Below, piece after piece: positions 27,951 through 37,040 of a stretch of 64,000 nt of DNA. The translations under genes were made by a program, and so were the position numbers. This DNA comes from a bacterium (GTDB lineage: Bacteria; Patescibacteriota; Minisyncoccia; Moranbacterales; DUUL01): contig JABGXP010000014.1 of NCBI GenBank assembly GCA_018675685.1, forward strand, positions 81,288-145,287, written 5' to 3'. Position 1 is the first letter of the stretch. Each line of letters starts with the position of its first letter. The notes beneath the pieces were generated by a model. It was not told the DNA's origin and did no database searches. It saw only the letters and a list, made by a program, of their open reading frames with translations.

Positions 27951-30650
27951 CTAAAGTGAGATCCTTAGAATATCACCATTTTTAGTGCTAATAAATGCTC
28001 GATCCTGTTTTTCATTGACCCAGAAGTGTTCAGCATCTATGAATTTTTCACTGAATTTTTTCACTGTCTCCGATTGATTGCTCTTTAAAATCTTCATAAG
28101 AACCCCGTTTTTTGAGTCCAAAGAATATATATTACTTGGTTGAGACCTAGTTTCGATATCGACAATTCTTGTCTCTTCATAATCATCATTTTTTGCAGAG
28201 AAAGAAGTTTTTAATTTTCCTTCAAAGTATTGTTGAATTTCTCCGTTTTCAGATGCCACCAAAAGTGAATCATCAACCGCTAAGTCAATTGCTGCTGAAA
28301 AGAATTGTTGGTTCGGTATCCTGATTTTATAATTATGAAAACCTCCTGGTTTGCGAGGAAATTGATAGATATTCTTTGAATTATTATCAAGAATATAAAG
28401 ATATTGGAGATAAACCCCAGCTCCTCCAATGGCAAGATTGTTAGGGAGTTTAATATCAACATCTGTAAAGCGATTTGTTACGGGGCTATAAGAAAAAACA
28501 CGCTTTTCTGAAATAAGGAAGACCAGTCTAAGGGTCGGCATAGATACAAGTGTTTTGGTTTCTTTCATATCATTCTTAAGAGGGACTTCTTTCAAATTAT
28601 TATTGGTGATGTCTAATCGGAAGAATTTTCCTGAAGCTGTGAGGATGAATAATTCGTCCTTATCTCCAGTTAAAGCTTTAATCTCCTCATTAACAGCTGC
28701 TATTGTTGTTGTTTCTGTCTCACTTTCGGAACCTCCTCTTTTTTGATCATTTATTATCTCGGTAGTTGAGGTTTCATTGAAAGCTTTATTTCCAATTAAT
28801 TTAGACAAAAATGAGAATAAGAAAATCAACGCCAAGAGAGAAATCGTGCCTATAAGAATTATTTTTTTGTATTTTCTTGTAAGCAAAACAAACTTTCTCT
28901 TGAGTCTCCCCAAATCTTTTTGTTTTGAGATTGCTATAACAGAGGTAATTGAACTCGTCATGGCATCTCGAAAAGAAGTTTTTATTTGTGTATCAGTTGG
29001 TTTTGTACTTTCGCTGGCAATGTTATTTCCCTTCCCGATTCTCTTCTCTCCAGAGACAAGAGAATTAATCTTAGCATGCATAGCTGTGTAGAGCTCCTTG
29101 ATTTTTTCTGTCAATTTAAGGAATATAGACTTTAGCTCATTCAGAATCCTTTGAAAATCAATTAAATCAAGTTTCTCTTTCACTTTTTTTAAATAGACGC
29201 CAATGGTTCTTCGAACACTCTTGGCTTGTTTTTCTTTAAATGTAGACTCTTCTTTTTTTCGTATCTCTCCATTTTTTACACGCATAAACTCTCTTTCTTT
29301 ACGAATCGTTTCTTTTTCTGCCTCCATTTTTTCTTGCTCCTCTAGTTCTTTCGATGGTTCAATGGGGTAGGATATGCTGTTATTGAAAGAGAGGTCTTTT
29401 ATGTTGTCATCTGATTTCCCAAGCTTAATTTTCGAAATTAAAGGGATTGAACTTGCTGAAATATTGTTATTTTTTTTCAAATCCTCAAGAGTTTTTTTGG
29501 CTTTATTTAAAATAGAATTAAAGCTCTTCTCATTGGTGTCGTCAATTTCCTTCATTTCAAGAACTTCTTTATTCCCATCAGCTTCTTTAATAAAAAGTTC
29601 CGGTTGCTCTTCAAACGGAGAAATAGGAGATGATCCCACAGTTTTGTTTTTTTGTTCCGTAGGCGCAGTTGGTTTGTTCGGAATATTCACTGCCCCTTTC
29701 TTTGCCTTTTTAGACAATTCTATTTCTCCGTCTCTTGTCTTTTTTGGTATTAATGAGGAGATTGGGGCCTCTGTCGTGATACTAACTTCTTTGTCTTTGG
29801 TATTTTTAGTCTCCTGTTCTATGTTTTTTAGTGAGCGGCATCTTTTGCCTAGAGAGGTCTTTGGAGTGAACGCTTCACTTTCTCCAAAAAAATTAAGCTT
29901 TGCGAGATCTTTTTCTTTTGGAGCCGAAGTCACGCTTTTCTCTTTGATGTTAGTGATAACAACCCCCACATCCTCTCCCTCTAAGTCCAAAGTTGATTTG
30001 AGAATATTATCAAATTCACTGGAAGTAAAGGTTTTTGTGTGGCGAGTGATTTCCTCCCAAGAAAGGGAGTCAAAAAGTTTCTTTGTTGAAAAAATAAGTT
30101 TATCTCCAATTGAGAGTTCACCATAAGAAATATCAGAAAATGTTTTCACAGGGTGCACGTTTTTTTCCTCATTTAACCCCTTTGATATTTCAGCAATTTT
30201 TTTATTCTTGGAGAGAAAAATTTGTCCATTCCCAAGCTTAGTAAAATGGAGTTCATTTCCGCTGATAACTCCAATAACAGCATCTAAATTATTGATCCAG
30301 TTTGTTATTTCATGTTGAGCAAGATCCTCTAATGCCAGGTTGATCTTATTAAGGGCACTTCCAAAACTTTCCTCTGTTCCCCTGTTTGGTTTTAAGAAGA
30401 ATTCTCGCTTAATCACCTGGGAAAGAAGATTCGGAAGATAGGCGGATCCTTCTGAGTTGTCATTACTTCTGATTATACCAAAAAGGTCTCCCAATTTACG
30501 TTGGGCTGGATTCTCTCCCTCAAAATGAAAAGTGTTTGAAAATGGTTGCAAAGCTTTATCTTTACAGACCGCCACCAAGAAGGAATCTAATTCAATTTCA
30601 ATTTTAGATTTTTTTTCTTTAATATTGTTGTGCATAGCAAAATATTTCAA
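27951..30650 (-). CDS. large bitopic membrane protein (N-terminal cytoplasmic domain, coiled coil, central TM, C-terminal extracytoplasmic beta-rich domain), hypothetical
   Basis: An 899-aa ORF with a single central TM (IILIGTISLLALIFLFSFL). The N-terminal roughly 230 aa are globular, followed by a K/E-rich coiled coil. No confident family call. Confidence 0.4.
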   Translation of the reverse strand: MKYFAMHNNIKEKKSKIEIELDSFLVAVCKDKALQPFSNTFHFEGENPAQRKLGDLFGIIRSNDNSEGSAYLPNLLSQVIKREFFLKPNRGTEESFGSALNKINLALEDLAQHEITNWINNLDAVIGVISGNELHFTKLGNGQIFLSKNKKIAEISKGLNEEKNVHPVKTFSDISYGELSIGDKLIFSTKKLFDSLSWEEITRHTKTFTSSEFDNILKSTLDLEGEDVGVVITNIKEKSVTSAPKEKDLAKLNFFGESEAFTPKTSLGKRCRSLKNIEQETKNTKDKEVSITTEAPISSLIPKKTRDGEIELSKKAKKGAVNIPNKPTAPTEQKNKTVGSSPISPFEEQPELFIKEADGNKEVLEMKEIDDTNEKSFNSILNKAKKTLEDLKKNNNISASSIPLISKIKLGKSDDNIKDLSFNNSISYPIEPSKELEEQEKMEAEKETIRKEREFMRVKNGEIRKKEESTFKEKQAKSVRRTIGVYLKKVKEKLDLIDFQRILNELKSIFLKLTEKIKELYTAMHAKINSLVSGEKRIGKGNNIASESTKPTDTQIKTSFRDAMTSSITSVIAISKQKDLGRLKRKFVLLTRKYKKIILIGTISLLALIFLFSFLSKLIGNKAFNETSTTEIINDQKRGGSESETETTTIAAVNEEIKALTGDKDELFILTASGKFFRLDITNNNLKEVPLKNDMKETKTLVSMPTLRLVFLISEKRVFSYSPVTNRFTDVDIKLPNNLAIGGAGVYLQYLYILDNNSKNIYQFPRKPGGFHNYKIRIPNQQFFSAAIDLAVDDSLLVASENGEIQQYFEGKLKTSFSAKNDDYEETRIVDIETRSQPSNIYSLDSKNGVLMKILKSNQSETVKKFSEKFIDAEHFWVNEKQDRAFISTKNGDILRISL

Positions 30651-30831
30651 GGAGACAACCAGTCTCCACGATATCGCTTTTCTTCTTTATTATAAAGCAA
30701 CTCTATTTTTTGTGCAAAGAAAAGAGGATAAAGTTATGTTAAAGAATTTCAAAAAAGACGGTTTGCTAAATTTTAGCAAACCGTCTGTTCCAATTGAGAG
30801 TAAAATGTACAAGGTGGAACCTCCGATTGAA

Positions 30832-31032
30832 TTAGAGTATTGCTCTGGGTGCACGTTTTTTCCAGTTCCATGGAAAAACGTTGAATTGGTCGCCAAACAT
30901 AATCATTAATCCAGCAATAAATGTGGTGAAAAAACTGCAAATACAGCAAGAGGCAAGAAAAAGAGCCTCTCCAGTTCCGTGGCTACGGTTTGCTTGGCAA
31001 ATTTTTTCCAACGAAGGTTGATACTGTTCCAT
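30832..31032 (-). CDS. possible small membrane protein (66 aa)
   Basis: Strong AGGAGA RBS 7 nt upstream of the ATG and a hydrophobic helix FFTTFIAGLMIMF. It overlaps an antisense 57-aa ORF (30736..30909 +), so only one of the two is likely real. Confidence 0.25.
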   Translation of the reverse strand: MEQYQPSLEKICQANRSHGTGEALFLASCCICSFFTTFIAGLMIMFGDQFNVFPWNWKKRAPRAIL

Positions 31033-31105
31033 AAGATATCTCCTCTTCTTTTGATTGAAAGAATCAAGCTATTAACAGTTTTAATTATATGCTAAGTAAA
31101 AAGAT

Positions 31106-31134
31106 TTGACAAATATTTGGAGCTGTCATACAAT
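31106..31134 (+). promoter_or_regulatory. consensus sigma70 promoter of the hrcA-grpE-dnaK operon (TTGACA-17-TACAAT)
   Basis: TTGACA at 31106-31111, a 17-nt spacer and TACAAT at 31129-31134, immediately upstream of CIRCE. Confidence 0.65.
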
Positions 31135-31138
31135 GATA

Positions 31139-31165
31139 TTAGCAGTCGATGGGGTAGAGTGCTAA
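31139..31165 (+). promoter_or_regulatory. CIRCE operator (HrcA binding site)
   Basis: TTAGCAGTC-N9-GAGTGCTAA versus the consensus TTAGCACTC-N9-GAGTGCTAA, with one mismatch. It sits 23 nt upstream of the hrcA ATG. Confidence 0.8.
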
Positions 31166-31187
31166 ATAACGAATTAACAAAAAATAG

Positions 31188-31958
31188 ATGCTTTCAGACA
31201 GACAAGGAAAAATTCTAGCGTTAATCGTTCAAGAGTACACAAGATCGGCAGTCCCAGTCAGCAGCTCTTCTATTATGAAGGCTTTTAGAGAAAATATTTC
31301 TTCAGCAACAATTCGAAATGAAATGTTCGAACTTGAGAGAATAGGGTTTCTATTGAAACCACATGTTTCAGCAGGTAGAACACCATCAGACGCTGGATAT
31401 CGATACTTTATTGACAATCTTTTGAAAAATCGCAAACTCACACAAGATGATCAAAAGACGTTGCAAGTCGAGATGCTAAAGTTGAAAGCGCAAAATACGA
31501 GACTTTCAAGAACTCTTGCAAAAACACTCTCAACAACATCAAGATGCATGGCTTTGTCAGGAATGATTGAAAAAAAGGACTATTATGATTTTGGAATGCA
31601 CACATTGATGGATGATCCAGAATTCAACGAACTCGATGAAGTTTCGCGAATTGCTGCCTCACTTGACGTGATTGATGAGAAAATGGAGAAACTTCTAGAC
31701 CACCTAGAAGACGGAGAAATAAGAATATTCATCGGAGAAGAGAATCCAATTGAAGAGATTCGTAAATGTTCCATGATTATTTCACCATATCGACTGGAAA
31801 ACGGTGAACGAGGAGTCTTGGCGATTATTGGCCCTAAAAGGATGGAATATGGAAAGAACAAGAATTTAATTGATTTTGTAAGTGGATTCTTCAGTAATAA
31901 AAGCACAAAAGCTTTCTTCATAACAGCGACAACAGCGAATTTAGTTAACTTAATTTAG
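31188..31958 (+). CDS. hrcA: heat-inducible transcription repressor HrcA (short form)
   Basis: N-terminal winged-helix LSDRQGKILALIVQEYTRSAVPVSSSSI ... RNEMFELERIGFL.KPHVSAGRTPSDAGYRYF. Located downstream of CIRCE. Confidence 0.85.
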   Translation: MLSDRQGKILALIVQEYTRSAVPVSSSSIMKAFRENISSATIRNEMFELERIGFLLKPHVSAGRTPSDAGYRYFIDNLLKNRKLTQDDQKTLQVEMLKLKAQNTRLSRTLAKTLSTTSRCMALSGMIEKKDYYDFGMHTLMDDPEFNELDEVSRIAASLDVIDEKMEKLLDHLEDGEIRIFIGEENPIEEIRKCSMIISPYRLENGERGVLAIIGPKRMEYGKNKNLIDFVSGFFSNKSTKAFFITATTANLVNLI

Positions 31959-32023
31959 CAAAGCTTAGAGCCCAAGCGCATATCAATAGAATAAGCAGGA
32001 TTAATAAAAAAAATAAAATAGCG

Positions 32024-32956
32024 ATGATGAACTTAGGGAGAAAAATTAAAAATAAGCAACAAACCGAAGATAAGATGAAAAAAGATAATTTTGATTTTGA
32101 AAACAGTAGTATACGACCGATGGCAATTACAGTGAAGATTGTAGTTTTAAACTCCGATCAGAAAGTTCTTCTCTTAAAAAGGAGCAAAAAGTCTTTGAAT
32201 CCGAAGAAATGGGACTTGCCGGGTGGGCATATCGACGAAGGAGAGTCTATAGAAGAAACAATCAAGAGAGAGGTCTTGGAAGAAACAGGGCTTTCTGTAG
32301 AGATTGGGCCAATCATCAACGTAGTTGAGTTTGCCAAGGATCACAAGGCATTTAAAGAGGAAAAAAGAGGTTTGCGATATATTGCACTAACAACTGATAC
32401 GGAAGTTGTACTAAACGAGGACGAGCATTCAGAATTCAAATGGCTTTCCTTTGATGAAGCAATTGCTAGCTTGGAAGACAAGGGGTTTGAAGGGGAGAAA
32501 AAACAAACCATCAAAGAAGCGAAAAATCGAATGGAACTCGAAAAATCATTAAATGGTTGGCACAGAACACTAGCCGAGTTTGATAATTTTAAAAAGAGAA
32601 CTGAAAAATCAAATGATGAATTCCGAAAATTTTGCCTCGAAAACTTTATCATGGAACTTTTACCAGTAATTGACAACTTTGAAATGGCAACGCAGCATAT
32701 TCCGACAGAACAACAGGAAGAGGGATGGGTTGTGGGCGTGATGCATATTAAAAATCAACTACTTGGAGTTTTGGAGGCTAATGGAGTGACAGAAGTTCCC
32801 ACCGCAAAAGGAGATGATGTAAATGAATCGATCCATGAGATACTGAAAGCTTCAGAAAAAAAAGATGGTGAAGGCGGAAAGGTTAAGAAGGTTTTGAAGA
32901 AGGGGTATCAAATCGAAAAGCGGATAATTCGACCAGCGACCATTGAAGTAGAATGA
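32024..32956 (+). CDS. grpE: NUDIX hydrolase - GrpE fusion protein (nucleotide exchange factor with an N-terminal Nudix domain)
   Basis: Canonical Nudix box GHIDEGESIEETIKREVLEETGL (Gx5Ex7REUxEExGU) at residues about 66-88. GrpE core from about residue 170: AEFDNFKKRTEKSNDEFRKFCLENFIMELLPVIDNFEMA ... KGYQIEKRIIRPATIEV. It is a single uninterrupted ORF. Confidence 0.8.
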   Translation: MMNLGRKIKNKQQTEDKMKKDNFDFENSSIRPMAITVKIVVLNSDQKVLLLKRSKKSLNPKKWDLPGGHIDEGESIEETIKREVLEETGLSVEIGPIINVVEFAKDHKAFKEEKRGLRYIALTTDTEVVLNEDEHSEFKWLSFDEAIASLEDKGFEGEKKQTIKEAKNRMELEKSLNGWHRTLAEFDNFKKRTEKSNDEFRKFCLENFIMELLPVIDNFEMATQHIPTEQQEEGWVVGVMHIKNQLLGVLEANGVTEVPTAKGDDVNESIHEILKASEKKDGEGGKVKKVLKKGYQIEKRIIRPATIEVE

Positions 32957-33105
32957 TAAGTTGCATTGAAATGAAAGACGAATAAATAGTTTGAGTGCAT
33001 ATCTTGGTGATATTTCTTGTCGCCAAGGATATGGATTTAAAATAAGGGAGGGACAACCCCTGTAAAAATAGATCCAATTTTAATAAGTTAAGTGAAAATA
33101 AAGTT

Positions 33106-35049
33106 ATGGGAAAAATCCTAGGAATCGATTTAGGAACAACCAACTCTGCGATGGCTATCGTGGAAGGCGGAACTCCTGAGATCGTAGAAAACAAAGAAGG
33201 GAACAGAACAACTCCTTCAGTAGTCGCGATTAATAAAGGTGGTGAAAGATTAGTAGGTCTTTTAGCAAAAAGGCAAGCTGTGACAAATCATGAGAATACA
33301 ATCTATTCAGCAAAACGTTTGATTGGGCGAAAGTTTTCAGATGCAGAGGTAAAGGAAACTGCTACAAAACTTCCTTTTAAAATTACTTCAGGTAAAAATG
33401 AAGCCGTTAATATCACAATGAACGGAAAAGCATACCGACCAGCTGAAATTTCAGCAATGGTTTTGCAGAAATTAAAAGCTGATGCAGAGGAAAAACTCGG
33501 AGAAAAAATCGAAGAAGCTGTGATTACAGTTCCTGCATATTTTGACGATGCTCAAAGAAAAGCGACAAAAGATGCTGGAGAAATTGCTGGGCTCAAGGTG
33601 ATGCGAATCATCAATGAACCAACAGCTGCAGCACTTGCGTATGGTTTTAACAAGAAAAAAGACGAAAAAATTGCTGTCTATGATCTTGGAGGAGGAACTT
33701 TCGATATTTCAATTTTGGAAGTTGCTGAAGACACTGTGGAAGTTAAAGCTACAAATGGTGATACTTATCTTGGTGGAGATGATTTTGATGAAAAAATCAT
33801 AACTTGGATTCTAGATGAATTCAAGAAAGCAGAAGGAATTGATCTTTCAAAAGATCCACTTGCTCTTCAGAGAATCAAAGAATCTGCTGAGAAAGCGAAA
33901 ATTGAACTTTCAACAGCACAAGAAAGTGAAATCAACCAACCATTTATCACTTCAGGTGATGATGGACCAAAACATCTTGTGATGAAAATTTCAAGAGCTA
34001 AATTGGAAGAACTAGTAGGAGATTTAGTAGACAAAACACTTGAACCAGTGAAAAAGGCATTGGCTGACGCAAAATTCAAAGCAGCTGATATCAATGAAAT
34101 TGTGATGGTTGGAGGAATGACAAGAATGCCATTGGTTTTGAAGAGAGTAGAAGAATTCTTTGGAAAGAAACCATCGACCAGTGTTAATCCAGATGAAGTT
34201 GTGGCAATGGGTGCTGCAATTCAGGGTGGAGTTCTTCAAGGCGATGTCAAAGATGTATTGTTACTTGATGTGACACCACTTACTCTTGGAATTGAAACAA
34301 TGGGTGGAGTTTTAACACCACTTATTGAACGAAATACTACAATTCCAACAACAAAGTCACAAATATTTTCAACTGCAGCTGATAATCAACCTGGTGTTGA
34401 AATTCATGTTTTGCAGGGTGAACGAAAAATGGCTGCAGACAGCAAACCACTTGGAAGATTTATGTTGGATGGAATTCCACCAGCACCAAGAGGAGTGCCA
34501 CAAGTTGAAGTTTCTTTCGACATCGATGCAAATGGAATCTTGAATGTAAAAGCAATTGACAAAGCAACAAATAAAGAGCAATCAATTCGTATTGAAGCTT
34601 CAAGCGGAATGTCTGAGGAAGAGATTGAGAAAATGAAAAAGGATGCTGAACTGCATGCTGAAGAAGACAAAAAGAAAGCTGAGGAAATTGAAATAAAGAA
34701 CACAGCTGATGCAATCGTTCATTCGACCGAAAAAACTTTTAAAGAGGTTGGAGACAAGATTTCTGATGACAAGAAAAAACCAGTTGAAGAAAAGCTTGAA
34801 GCCTTGAAAAAAATAAAAGATGGTGATGACTTTGAGGCAATCAAAAAAGCTTCTGAAGAGCTTTCAACTGAGGCTCAGAAAATTGGCGAAGAGATGTATA
34901 AAGCAGCTCAAGAAGCAGAAGCAGCTAAAGCAGCACCTGAAGGAGAAGAGAAAAAAGAAGAGGGTGATGTAAAAGAGGCTGAAGTTGAAGAAAAAGAAGA
35001 AGAAAAGAAGGAAGAGAAGAAAGACGAAAAAGAAGAAGAAAAGAAATAG
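33106..35049 (+). CDS. dnaK: molecular chaperone DnaK (Hsp70)
   Basis: [27 protein letters not shown] and [11 protein letters not shown]. Substrate-binding domain and an acidic EEKKEE C-terminal tail. Confidence 0.95.
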   Translation: MGKILGIDLGTTNSAMAIVEGGTPEIVENKEGNRTTPSVVAINKGGERLVGLLAKRQAVTNHENTIYSAKRLIGRKFSDAEVKETATKLPFKITSGKNEAVNITMNGKAYRPAEISAMVLQKLKADAEEKLGEKIEEAVITVPAYFDDAQRKATKDAGEIAGLKVMRIINEPTAAALAYGFNKKKDEKIAVYDLGGGTFDISILEVAEDTVEVKATNGDTYLGGDDFDEKIITWILDEFKKAEGIDLSKDPLALQRIKESAEKAKIELSTAQESEINQPFITSGDDGPKHLVMKISRAKLEELVGDLVDKTLEPVKKALADAKFKAADINEIVMVGGMTRMPLVLKRVEEFFGKKPSTSVNPDEVVAMGAAIQGGVLQGDVKDVLLLDVTPLTLGIETMGGVLTPLIERNTTIPTTKSQIFSTAADNQPGVEIHVLQGERKMAADSKPLGRFMLDGIPPAPRGVPQVEVSFDIDANGILNVKAIDKATNKEQSIRIEASSGMSEEEIEKMKKDAELHAEEDKKKAEEIEIKNTADAIVHSTEKTFKEVGDKISDDKKKPVEEKLEALKKIKDGDDFEAIKKASEELSTEAQKIGEEMYKAAQEAEAAKAAPEGEEKKEEGDVKEAEVEEKEEEKKEEKKDEKEEEKK

Positions 35050-35064
35050 TTCGGTTCTAGATAG

Positions 35065-35096
35065 ACGGGGGGCATCAGAGTGCCCCCCGTTTGTTC
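35065..35096 (+). terminator. rho-independent terminator of the dnaK operon
   Basis: acggggggca-tcagag-tgccccccgt followed by ttgtt: a 10-bp GC-rich stem. Confidence 0.75.
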
Positions 35097-35285
35097 TAAA
35101 GAGGAACTTTATTGAATTAAGGACTGAGGAGAACATAGTCATTACATATGTAAGTACACATGTAATGACATCACAACCTAGATAAAATTTAAGTACAAAA
35201 TCTTTCAAGTCAAAGATGAACACATGTAGTGTTAATTTACAAAAAGGGAATAAAACTAAATTAAAAATAATTAAACCCCAATAAA

Positions 35286-35591
35286 ATGAACCAAAACCAA
35301 CAACCCCAAGCGGGTCAACAACAAATCCAGATCAAAGCCAATGATGAGGATTTGAAGGGGAAGTATTCAAACACAGTCCAGATGATGCACACTAAAGAGG
35401 AATTTGTTTTAGATTTTTTGAATATCTTCCCTCCAACAGGCACACTCAATTCACGTGTGATTGTTTCTCCTTCACATTTCAAAAGAATGACTGCTGCAAT
35501 GAGCGACAATTTGAAGAAATATGAAGAGAAGTTCGGAAAGATCAAGGACGTGAAAGGGGAGGAAAGTGGAAAAATGGGATTTGTGGGATAG
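35286..35591 (+). CDS. hypothetical small protein (Q/N-rich N-terminus)
   Basis: A 101-aa ORF. It possibly resembles DUF3467-type proteins (EFVLDF motif) often found near dnaK, but this is weak. Confidence 0.35.
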   Translation: MNQNQQPQAGQQQIQIKANDEDLKGKYSNTVQMMHTKEEFVLDFLNIFPPTGTLNSRVIVSPSHFKRMTAAMSDNLKKYEEKFGKIKDVKGEESGKMGFVG

Positions 35592-35615
35592 GAAAAAACT
35601 AAAAACGCCGAGTTA

Positions 35616-35650
35616 GTCAACTGCGCAATTTTTTAATTGGGCAGTTTTTT
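35616..35650 (+). terminator. rho-independent terminator after the 35286..35591 gene
   Basis: ctgcgcaatt-tttt-aattgggcag followed by a run of seven T. Confidence 0.5.
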
Positions 35651-35747
35651 TATTTGCTAAAAAGATGAAAACGTTGTATCATCTGAAGTTGGAATTTTAG
35701 ATTTTAACGAGTACTTATTTTAAATATTTTTTTTACGGGGGTGTATC

Positions 35748-36450
35748 ATGATGGGGGGCAATCAAGAACGTGTTTGGAAACCAGTTTTTGAAATCGACAC
35801 AAGTAAAGAACCTTTTTTAACTCAAAGGATGCCAAAACCAGGAGTCTTGCATGAACTTTTTCGTTTGATGTTAAACCTAAGAGTAGTTCATTACGTTACT
35901 GATGATTTTTTGGAAGAATACAGTCCATCATTGGCAATGTTGGCAAAGGTTGAAGTTAGCAGGGGTTTCAATGTCTTTGTTAAAAAAAATTACCAGCAAG
36001 AAAAGAGTTGCAGAAACACTCAGACTTTTGCGGAAAGGAGTTATTGCTAAAGCAGTCTTTGAAGCCGATGGGTACTTCCAGGATGTCTCGTTCTGCTTTG
36101 GGTCATTTTGTTTTCACGCTGGACCTGATGATATGGATGGACGGGAAAAGGTGCTTGCAAACGACATCAAAATCTTTGACGGAGTGGAGATTGTCTTTGA
36201 TTACGAGCGTTGGAAGAACGGATCCCATTTGTCATGGGGCGTTGAACTTTCCTTTGGGTGGGCAAACACTCTTGAACTTGGGTGTAAAGGCTCAATACGA
36301 GCAGATTCAAGGGAAGATACCATCAATGCATTGTTGGCGTATCTGAAAGAGGGGAAGAAGCACATTAAACCTCGCTTTCAAAAGGATCGCAAAAAACTGA
36401 TTGAGGCATTGAATCGGTTCGGGGATTCATATTGGTATTTCAAAATTTGA
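35748..36450 (+). pseudogene. GC-richer gene of unknown function interrupted by a +1/-1 frameshift at an A8 homopolymer (35982-35989)
   Basis: Frame 0 ORF 35748..36050 and frame +1 ORF 35902..36450 both read as protein-like and overlap across the A8 run. Removing one A fuses them into a protein of about 234 aa. Local GC is visibly higher than the surroundings. Confidence 0.45.
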
Positions 36451-36470
36451 GCAGTAAGCGCAAATGCGCG

Positions 36471-36510
36471 AGAAGACTTGGTCTAATTTAGATCAAGTCT
36501 TCTTAATTTA
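36471..36510 (+). terminator. rho-independent terminator
   Basis: agaagacttggtc-taattta-gatcaagtcttct (13-bp stem with one G-U pair) followed by a T-rich stretch. A second long palindrome at about 36519-36556 (aacaggaccctttgaaatttcaaagtgtcctgtt) probably terminates the convergent minus-strand gene. Confidence 0.55.
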
Positions 36511-36618
36511 CAGATAACAAAAAACAGGACCCTTTGAAATTTCAAAGTGTCCTGTTTAGAAGAGATGAGAGAATTATTTTTTACACAAGTCCATTTTAGG
36601 TTCTTTCCCCACTAAATT

Positions 36619-36885
36619 TTAGCCTTGCATTGCATCTTTGATGATCTCCACAGTACCTTCATTCGAGATTTTTTCCAAGAGATTACGTAGTTGCTTTTCC
36701 AAATAGCTGGTTTCGGAAAAGATCATATCGACTAGGTGTTGTGGATCAACATCCCTGCCAAGTCCTATCTCCTGAATATAATCCTTAGTAGCTCCACTTA
36801 ATTTTTGCGTAGAAATAGCAGTTATTACAACCAACTTTGTAAGATCCGAAATGACCGTTGCTTGTTTTTTGAGCTTGCTATCCAT
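36619..36885 (-). CDS. hypothetical small cytoplasmic protein
   Basis: The start was chosen at MDSKLKK, with a GGGAGGG RBS 8 nt upstream. No recognisable motif. Confidence 0.35.
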   Translation of the reverse strand: MDSKLKKQATVISDLTKLVVITAISTQKLSGATKDYIQEIGLGRDVDPQHLVDMIFSETSYLEKQLRNLLEKISNEGTVEIIKDAMQG

Positions 36886-37040
36886 GACCCCATCCCTCCC
36901 TTTTTGGTGTACGCAATAATGTGCACGAAAATTCAAACTAAAAAGTGCTATTGAATGATTTATTTATATACCATATAACAAGATTTGTCAATAGAATAAA
37001 ATGAAGAAGCTATTACCTAGTAAAGAGGTTTTTCTCTATC

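Noticed and set aside
34985-35185. K/R-rich 66-aa ORF and several minus-strand ORFs overlapping the dnaK 3' end
   Set aside because: These are shadow ORFs generated by the GAA/AAG-rich acidic tail of dnaK. There is no RBS, and the dnaK terminator lies within them.
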